Shown here: in pieces, positions 29,104-37,000 of the stretch
How the letters are laid out: every line of letters starts with the position of its first letter
Numbering within the stretch: position 1 is the first letter of the stretch
Source: Cellvibrionales bacterium UBA3090
Lineage (GTDB): Bacteria; Pseudomonadota; Gammaproteobacteria; Pseudomonadales; Porticoccaceae
Assembly: GCA_002367235.1 (NCBI GenBank)
Contig: DFBC01000112.1
Coordinates: forward strand, 1-45,787
Direction of reading: 5' to 3'
DNA length: 45,787 bases
Notes under the pieces: model-generated
What the model was told of the DNA's origin: nothing
Databases searched by the model: none
Seen by the model: the letters and a program-made list of their open reading frames with translations, nothing else
Program-made: the position numbers and the translations under genes

Positions 29104-31101
29104 TTATGATGCTGGCACTTCGATTTTCACGGGGATACTGATAGTGCTCCTCGTCACTTCAATCACTGGAATTTCGATTAACTGACTATCAAAAACCCAG
29201 TTTTTATAGGCATCGTTAAATTTTTTGTATCTTAGTGAAGCGTGAATAGTGATAGGCCCCTTAGTATGCCCAGGAAGATCAAAATGCTCAGTGACGATAT
29301 CAGTTTTCCCCGCAGCGATAGCATTTTTGTAGGAATCGCCAACCGTATTAAATAGATCGTGTTTCCATACCGCTTTCCCGTGTCTATCAACAGGGGATGT
29401 TTTATATATGGCCTTTGAGTTTTTTGGTGTTTCTTCGCTTCCTGATTCATAGAGGATCTCTCCAGTCGAGTCAACGACCTGGAAGTGTAGCCAAGCCACT
29501 TGTATATCGGTCGTTCCTCCTGGGAAGTTATGTCCTACTCCTGTGTTAGAAACCGCGACGTCAATATGGGCGGGCTTTCCAGCATAGAAGTGCATTAGGC
29601 TTTCGCTATGCTTTAATGATGCAGCCTGAAGTGAGGAGGAATAATTAAGTAACGAGTTTCCTTTTGGTGGTTCAAGGGTGATTCGTATCTTATTGCTCTG
29701 CAGAAAGCGTGTAACATTGGCAAGTTGTTTATCGAGCCCAAAATAGGTAGGTATTACCGTATTGGCTGCGGCAAAATGATGAGAGGTAATCAAGCCATCT
29801 TCACCTGCGGAAGGATCGTTGGAAGGAACCTTTCGCATATGGCAATCTTGGCAAGTAGTAACCGAGTCAGCAGAGAAGTTTTCACTGGCGTGCCCAGAGT
29901 AAGGGCTTTCCAGCCATGCAGAGTATTCATCCTGCATTTTTACCCAACCCCAATCATTCATGGTTTTATCCATGTACTGTGCATGACAAGTTGCGCAAGA
30001 TGCAGGTTGGGCAGTAATTGAGTTGTTGAAAAAAGCCTTGTGTTTACTGGGCGATGCTTGAATTAAAAAACCAGCAAGCCGTTCGGCCAAGCGATTATTT
30101 GTATTTAACAATGCTGAATTTTGAATAGGTGTGTAGTGGTAGCTGCCAACACCCTCGGTGTGATTGATTGCGCTTACGCTGTGGCAGGATAAGCAACTAA
30201 TACCTTCATTGAACGCGACCGTATCAGGTGTTCCTCCGTGTACGCCGCCCTCTGTAAGCTGGCCGGATAAGAGTGCTGGCGGAGAGTGGCAGCCCTCGCA
30301 GTATCGAGTGCTCTCGATGCCTTTTGTTTTCTCGAGTAAGTTTACATTTTTAACGTAGGATGGGTCGGCAGCAGCGAACCTGTGGGCCGACTGGCTCCAT
30401 TGTTTAAATATATCGGTGTGGCAAGACGAGCACTTTTCAGATTGGGTGATCAGGTCGATAGGAATGAATGCGTTGTCCGGGGTTGACGATTCACTGGGGG
30501 CAAAGGGATTTTCGCCATAAGTATAGTTGTATTCACGTTGAATCTTAGATGTGAAAGAATCCATTTTCGGGGGTAGAAACATTACGGCAACCAGACTGGC
30601 TAGAATAGTGGCTATCGCGGGGAGTTTAAGAGCCGACCCGAGCGTAGGTATTGCGAGTTGGGGCGGCTGTTTTTTTGCGAGTTTGTTTATGCTTTTTCGA
30701 CTGGACAAAAAATGTGCTACGAAACAGCTAACAAAGAAAAGTGATGAGCTTAGGTGTAAATAGGTAGAAGAACTTGAATTGCCAAGTTCGTATCTTGATG
30801 GAAGCAGTAATTTGATGCCCGAGTACAAGCAAATAACGACAACTATTGTTGAAAGTACACCTGTAAAAAAGGCAGCGTTGCGACGACTTTTCAGGGTTCT
30901 ATTGACATGAAAGTAGAGATAGATTGTGACGGCTAGCAGGAAATACAGCGAAACTGACAAGTGAAAAACAAGCAGGATCTCTGTGTAGATTTTCTCGGTT
31001 AACCAGAACTGGCTATAGAGTAGTATACCGCTGACCAGTCCTGTGAATAGAGAAATCGGTAGGGCATTGGCTAGCGTTTGTTCTAGTCGATGGTTGCTCA
31101 T
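29104..31101 (-). CDS. Membrane-anchored multihaem cytochrome c (five CxxCH, c554-like)
   Basis: CSSCH, CEGCH, CLSCH, CATCH, CQDCH; W..S.H motifs, GHNFP.G; about five N-terminal TM segments. Confidence 0.9.
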   Translation of the reverse strand: MSNHRLEQTLANALPISLFTGLVSGILLYSQFWLTEKIYTEILLVFHLSVSLYFLLAVTIYLYFHVNRTLKSRRNAAFFTGVLSTIVVVICLYSGIKLLLPSRYELGNSSSSTYLHLSSSLFFVSCFVAHFLSSRKSINKLAKKQPPQLAIPTLGSALKLPAIATILASLVAVMFLPPKMDSFTSKIQREYNYTYGENPFAPSESSTPDNAFIPIDLITQSEKCSSCHTDIFKQWSQSAHRFAAADPSYVKNVNLLEKTKGIESTRYCEGCHSPPALLSGQLTEGGVHGGTPDTVAFNEGISCLSCHSVSAINHTEGVGSYHYTPIQNSALLNTNNRLAERLAGFLIQASPSKHKAFFNNSITAQPASCATCHAQYMDKTMNDWGWVKMQDEYSAWLESPYSGHASENFSADSVTTCQDCHMRKVPSNDPSAGEDGLITSHHFAAANTVIPTYFGLDKQLANVTRFLQSNKIRITLEPPKGNSLLNYSSSLQAASLKHSESLMHFYAGKPAHIDVAVSNTGVGHNFPGGTTDIQVAWLHFQVVDSTGEILYESGSEETPKNSKAIYKTSPVDRHGKAVWKHDLFNTVGDSYKNAIAAGKTDIVTEHFDLPGHTKGPITIHASLRYKKFNDAYKNWVFDSQLIEIPVIEVTRSTISIPVKIEVPAS

Positions 31102-33830
31102 TTGTTCCCAAATTCAGTTTTTAATTTTTTTATAAACGGTCTTGCAGGGTCATCACCCGTTGCCAAAATCAGTTCGGCTGCGGCAAGGCGTGTAGAAAAA
31201 GTTAAGTTAGTATTAAGGCCTATATCAGTTAACAGGGCGCTGGATAAGTTGTTTGGCTTGTGCGCAATCAAAGTGTTAACAATACTTTCAGATATCGCTA
31301 TAGGAGGGTTTCTGGCTAGAGTGCCAATTGCAATCTGCGCCCCCGATGGAGCAGTCTCGTTGATAAAGGTTGCGAGTAAAATGGCATATTTTTCTGCATC
31401 AAGCTCCCAGTTGTACAGCCAGCTGGGGTAGTGTTTGGCGACATCGTCGGCGTGTCTAGTGACCCAGTGTTCGATATCAGTGTTTGCACAAAGCCTTAGC
31501 AAGACGGATAACTGACGGTTGGTTAGCGCGCCGCCATCGAAAAATGCTTCTAGATTGCAGCTTGACCGTGATGTTCTCTGCCTAGTATTGGGTAAAGGCT
31601 TGGCTGTCTTATTAATAATGGGAGTTCCGTTCAGCTTCTGAATCGCGGCTCTTGCCTCTAAGGCAATAGCCTTATTCGCATCAAATGCCAGAGCTTGTAA
31701 TGCACCTGCAGCATCTTTATGTTTTAGTTCCCCTAGTGCTTGAATGGCCGCAATAGCGATAGGGGTGTTGTTACCCGTAGCCAGTGATGACAGTCGCTTA
31801 ATGGGTCTCTTAGACCTCGATTTAGCCAGTGCCGAAATGGCACATAGCCCCTTGGTATTGCCGTAGGCATTTAGTTGTCGAGTAAGTGCTGTAGTAAGGG
31901 CTCTTTTTTGTCGGATAAAAGATTCCTCTCTAATAAAAACGTGCTCAATAATACCCAAAATTTTGCATGCAGTATCATCGTCTGACGTAATTGTAAGGCG
32001 AAAAATATCGTTAACAAAGGCATCAAAATTGTTTTGAAGCACTATATTTGCTGCAGCAATGGCTATATCGGCTTGGTCTGAAAGGGCTAGTTGAATGAGT
32101 GCATGAAGCAAACCTTTCTGATCGATGCGATTCATAAATTGAAGTGAAAATAGTTTGTCTTCCCTTGTCCAGGCTCGATAAGAGGCCTGTAGCTGCTCAT
32201 AGCTTGCAGGCTGATTTTCAAAAAGCATCAGCGCTTTGAACTGCAAAAAGGTCAGAGCAATCACACTTTGTTCAGCGGCGCTGTGTAGCCTGGGCACTGA
32301 GTTGGAATATCGACTGGACAAAAACCCGGTGTAATGGCTTGCGTCAGGTTTATTTTTGGATTGAGTGCGAGGGGTGTGATTGATAAGCAGTTGAGGGTAA
32401 TCATTGTTATTGCTAATGATTACGTCATCGTCACCATCATTATCTATGTCCACATTGATCAAGCTGCGGCTGCTGGCAACACGGTTAATTGAATGTTCTA
32501 TGCTACGGTAAGAGTCTTGTAGCTTACCGTTAATATTAATAAGCCAGAGGTTGGGCTGCGCTAACGAAAGAGCATCGCTGTCCTGATCTGGCAGCATATA
32601 GCCAGAGGTGGTGAGCAGGTCGGCTTTGCCATCACCATTGCTATCAAAAACTGCCGTACTAAATTTTTCGTAGGCATAAGGTTTGTTGCTGGGCCTGATG
32701 ATTTCGGTGGAGATATCCTCATACTGCTGGCCGATTAGCGAGAAGACAGCCAGCGCCTGTGTAGCGGCACCACTAAAAATCAATTCAGCTACAGCGTCTC
32801 CATCAATATCCCCTGCCGTTAGAGAGTGATAGTTTTTAGGAAACGGGTAAAGCTTATGGTCTATTGCCTCTTCAAAATATTGCCCGGCCTGGTTAATAAA
32901 TAATTTTGAGAAAGAGCCTTCTCTGTTACCCACAAAAAGATCAATGAAGCCATCGTGATTAATATCATGCCATGTCGCAAAAACACTGCGTCCATCGTGG
33001 TTTGCAACACCCAAAGCTTTGGCTTGTTCCGTAAAAACCAGGTTGCCTTGATTAATATATAGGGAGTTACTCTGAGGCTTGAAAAAATTGGCCCGAAAGT
33101 TTTCATCCAGAACGACGTGATGGCCACTAGAGGTCTCATATTTAGGCTTATAGTGTGAGTAGTCGATGAAATTTGCGATATAAATATCCACCAGACCATC
33201 ATTGTTGAAATCGCCCAAGCTGGCCGTAGTTGACCAGGCACTAGTGTTGCCTAGCTGAGACTTCTTGAATTCTCCATTACCATCATTTTCGTACACATAA
33301 TTTGGGCCGAGAGTGGTGATAATAATATCTTCATCGCCATCATTATCGAGATCGGCAGCAGCGCAGCCCATACCTTGCTGCACATCATCGAGTTTAGACG
33401 TTTCTGAAACGTCTTCGAAATAGCCGTTTTGACTATTTCTGTATAATCTGTGGCCAGAGGCTTTCGCCCACCAGGATTTCTTTCCGTAATACTTGTGCGC
33501 ACCACTGCCACCAACAAAAAGCAGATCAATCCAGCCATCGTTATTGAAATCCAGGGCGCAGACACCCGCGCCAAAAAGTTCATGCAGGCCATTAATGCGC
33601 TTGCTACGCTCCCTGTGACTGTGGTTGATGCCGCGAATAAAAGTTTCATCAGTAAAGCGTAACAAAGGTGTCGCTGTCGTATTAAGATGCGGGGCTGCTA
33701 CGGGTTGGCTTAATTGTATCGCTGGTGGTGTTAGTGCAATGGCTATAAATAAAAAACTTGCCCCAAGAGATACAGAGAGGCCCATGATGCGGGTGTAGAT
33801 CCTGCAGTTGCGCGACCGGCTAGCCTCCAT
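31098..33830 (-). CDS. FG-GAP/VCBS repeat (CRTAC1-like) protein with C-terminal HEAT-like repeats
   Basis: Repeats DFNNDGWIDL, DLDNDGDEDI, DFNNDGLVDI, DINHDGFIDL, DIDGDAVAEL, DSNGDGKADL, DIDNDGDDDV; AAIQALGEL...A..AL-type helices; start 33830 or 33785 rather than 33887. Confidence 0.88.
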   Translation of the reverse strand: MEASRSRNCRIYTRIMGLSVSLGASFLFIAIALTPPAIQLSQPVAAPHLNTTATPLLRFTDETFIRGINHSHRERSKRINGLHELFGAGVCALDFNNDGWIDLLFVGGSGAHKYYGKKSWWAKASGHRLYRNSQNGYFEDVSETSKLDDVQQGMGCAAADLDNDGDEDIIITTLGPNYVYENDGNGEFKKSQLGNTSAWSTTASLGDFNNDGLVDIYIANFIDYSHYKPKYETSSGHHVVLDENFRANFFKPQSNSLYINQGNLVFTEQAKALGVANHDGRSVFATWHDINHDGFIDLFVGNREGSFSKLFINQAGQYFEEAIDHKLYPFPKNYHSLTAGDIDGDAVAELIFSGAATQALAVFSLIGQQYEDISTEIIRPSNKPYAYEKFSTAVFDSNGDGKADLLTTSGYMLPDQDSDALSLAQPNLWLININGKLQDSYRSIEHSINRVASSRSLINVDIDNDGDDDVIISNNNDYPQLLINHTPRTQSKNKPDASHYTGFLSSRYSNSVPRLHSAAEQSVIALTFLQFKALMLFENQPASYEQLQASYRAWTREDKLFSLQFMNRIDQKGLLHALIQLALSDQADIAIAAANIVLQNNFDAFVNDIFRLTITSDDDTACKILGIIEHVFIREESFIRQKRALTTALTRQLNAYGNTKGLCAISALAKSRSKRPIKRLSSLATGNNTPIAIAAIQALGELKHKDAAGALQALAFDANKAIALEARAAIQKLNGTPIINKTAKPLPNTRQRTSRSSCNLEAFFDGGALTNRQLSVLLRLCANTDIEHWVTRHADDVAKHYPSWLYNWELDAEKYAILLATFINETAPSGAQIAIGTLARNPPIAISESIVNTLIAHKPNNLSSALLTDIGLNTNLTFSTRLAAAELILATGDDPARPFIKKLKTEFGNK

Positions 33831-33863
33831 ATGTGTAAGTTCATCCTGAAAAGCAAAAAAAAT

Positions 33864-33892
33864 TTGACAGTTGATTAAGCGGCGCATATCTT
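33864..33892 (+). promoter_or_regulatory. Sigma70-type promoter for the giant exoprotein operon
   Basis: TTGACA (33864-33869), 17-bp spacer, TATCTT (33887-33892), A-tract just upstream. Confidence 0.65.
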
Positions 33893-34035
33893 AGCAGCCT
33901 TCTATAGCTTTATCACGTTAGTACTGATGTCCTTTGGTGTATGAAGTTGGTATTTTTTTTCTGTTTTTGCTCGTGGCAAAGGCGGTGAAACAACAGTAAA
34001 CAGGCGAAGGCCCGTTTTTAAAAGGATTTTCAGGG

Positions 34036-37000
34036 ATGAGTTTAAGCGCAATTTTTGGGTCCTCCTTTAGTCAATACTTCGCAAATAAAAAAAACGTCGG
34101 TCTATTTAAAAAGCTAAAGCCTGTCGGTTTATTGGGCTTGTTTTTGTCTGCGCAGCTTGCAAACTCTGCCGAGTTTACGGTTTATGGCCCAGAGCCCTTT
34201 TCCCGTCAAAGCGGCTCTCCAGTACCAGAAAATAGGGCGTTATCGGGTAGCTACCCAAATACCAGCTATACTTTAAAAATTTATAACGGCGGTATTACGG
34301 ACGACGAAAATACCGGTGAAATGGTGAGCGCAAGTACGGTCAGTTTTAATGGCGAGATAATTGCGAACACCTCAAATTTCAACCAAAACGTAAGCCTACT
34401 AGAAGCACCTGTAACGCTTCTTTCAGATCAAGATAATGCGTTGGATGTTGAGCTGTGGGGTAAGCCCAGCGGATTAATTACCGTGGTTATTGTAGGTCTT
34501 GATAATGATTTGCCTGTCATTACAGCAAGCTTGCAGCCTCTGCCCAATGGGGCTGGTTGGAATCATCAGCAAACCCAGGTGGTGTTCAATTGTTCAGATG
34601 CCATTAGCGGCATAGCGTCCTGCGCCGATCCCATCGCCGTCTTGCAAGACGGCGCCAATCAGACTTTTAGCGGTACCGCTGTTGATAATGCCGGTAATAC
34701 CGCCGCTATTACCGCCACCGTGCATTTAGATAGCACGGCACCCACGTTAACGTATCAGCTGACCCCCTCAGCTAATACAGCAGGCTGGCACGCGCAGGCT
34801 GTCACGATTGATTACACTTGTACTGACACCCTGAGTGGAGTAGCCAATTGTCCCGCATCAACTCTGGTGAGTACGGAAGGTGCAGCTCAGCAAATCTCCG
34901 CACTTGCAGAAGATATTGCAGGCAATACCATCAGTGAAAATATCCTCCTGAATATTGACCTCACCTTACCCGATATTTCAATGGTTAAAGCCCCGGCCCC
35001 AAATGTAGCGGGTTGGAACAACACCGCCGTGACCGTCAGCTATACCTGTACGGATGCCATCAGTGGTGTGGAGGTTTGCCCACCCGATGCACCAGTTACT
35101 GAAGAGGGTGAAGTCACCATAACCGGTAGCGCATCTGATTACGCTGGAAACACCGCATCGGCATTAAGCGAGGTGAAAATTGATAACACAGCACCTGACC
35201 TAAGTGTCGCGTTATCAGCTGTTGCCAATAGCAATGGCTGGCATAATCAACCAGTCACTTTATCGTATGCCTGTAGTGACATACTCAGTGGTATGGCCAT
35301 CTGTCCGCCTAATCAGCTGATCAGCGGCAGTGGCGCTAACCAGCAGATCACCGCAACAGCAGAGGATATTGCTGGCAATATTCAGTCTATAAGCACTGCG
35401 ATCAACATTGATCTCGAAGCCCCTTCCATTGCCTTTGTAAATCCGCTTGATGGCGGTGCTGTCAGCACCTACCAACCCACTATTTCATTGGCCGTGGCCG
35501 ATAATCTGAACCTGGATGACAGTTCGCTACAACTTACTGTTAACGGCGCCAGCCCTGCAGTTGGCTGCACTGTGTCTGGTGGCACGGGCAGTTGCAGCTT
35601 TAGTGCAGACCTGCCTTCCAGCTCAGTATCCCTTGAGGCGAGGATTGCCGATTTGGCAGGCAATGTTACGCAAGCCGTGATCGCAGTGACGGTAGATACC
35701 GATGCCGATGGCATCCATAACGATATTGACCAGTGTGCCGGTACCCCAGCAGGTGAAACTGCAGACAGTAACGGCTGCGGTTACTCCCAGCGCGATGACG
35801 ACAATGATGGAGTGGGTAATGCCCTCGATCAGTGTCAGGCAACACCCGCAGGTGAAGCAGTTGATGCCACTGGCTGCCCAGTCAATCAAGACCTTGATAA
35901 CGATGGCGTTTTAGATAACGTTGACCAATGCCTCGCCACCCAGCCGGGCATCCCGGTAGCGGAAGATGGCTGTGATCCCTCACAGCGAGACACTGACGCT
36001 GATGGCGTACTGGATATTAACGATGCCTTCCCCAATGATGCGAACGAAACTGCTGACCTGGACGGCGATGGTATTGGTGATAATGCCGACACCGATCGTG
36101 ATGGCGATGGTGTACTTAATGCCGATGATTTGTTCCCTAATGACAGCGGTGAGAGCGCCGACCTCGACGGCGATGGCATTGGCGACAATGCTGACCCCGA
36201 TAAGGACGGCGACGGTGTACCCAATGACCAGGATGCCTTTCCAGAAGACAGTGCCAGCTCAGCCTTGCCCGTCATTACAATCGATACACCCGCCACGCTG
36301 ACCACAGTCGGCGCCACTCCGGTTCACATCACCGGCACTGCCGAGGGTGAGCCGGTCTCACTGTCGGTCAACGGTGCGCAAATAACTGCCGCTGACGGCA
36401 CCTTTCAGGCCGATGTTTCGCTGGAAGAAGGCCATAACACCATTGTCGCTCGCATGGTTAATGCCGAGGGCGTTATCTCTACAGCATCGATTTCGGTCTC
36501 GCTGGATTTAACGCCACCCTATCTCACCATTGAATCCCACACCGATGGGCAGGTAGTGCATAACAGTACCGTTACCATTACCGGGCTGGTCAACGACATC
36601 GTGCGCGGCACCATTGAAGAAGACCAGGCCAGCGTCAGTGTCAATGGTGTTACTGCCTCTATTAGCAATCGCAGCTATATGGCGGAGAATATTCCCCTGC
36701 AAAGCGGTGAAAACACCATTACGGTGCAAGGTGTTGACCAGGTGGGCAATAGCAGTGACTACAGCATTAGTCTCAATTATCAGCCCTTGGTTGGGCGTCA
36801 CCTGGAGCTTGTTGGCGGACAAAACCAAACGGCCCCGATCAACGGTAACTTACCCCAGCCCATCAGCCTTAAAGTCTTGGACGATGCCAATCAGCCAGTG
36901 GTCAATAAAAACGTGGTGTTCCGTGTCATTCAGGGTTCTGGTGTGGTTGGCCTCGACTCGGCGCTGGAAGGCCAGGGCTATCTGGCCCAAACTGACAGCA

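Noticed and set aside
33831-33887. Start of the FG-GAP gene at 33887
   Set aside because: Overlaps a near-consensus promoter on the other strand; an AGGA lies upstream of the 33830 ATG
35695-36250. Periodic GAC/GAT-rich repeats as a CRISPR array
   Set aside because: Degenerate, in-frame coding repeats (TSP3-like) with no unique spacers or cas genes
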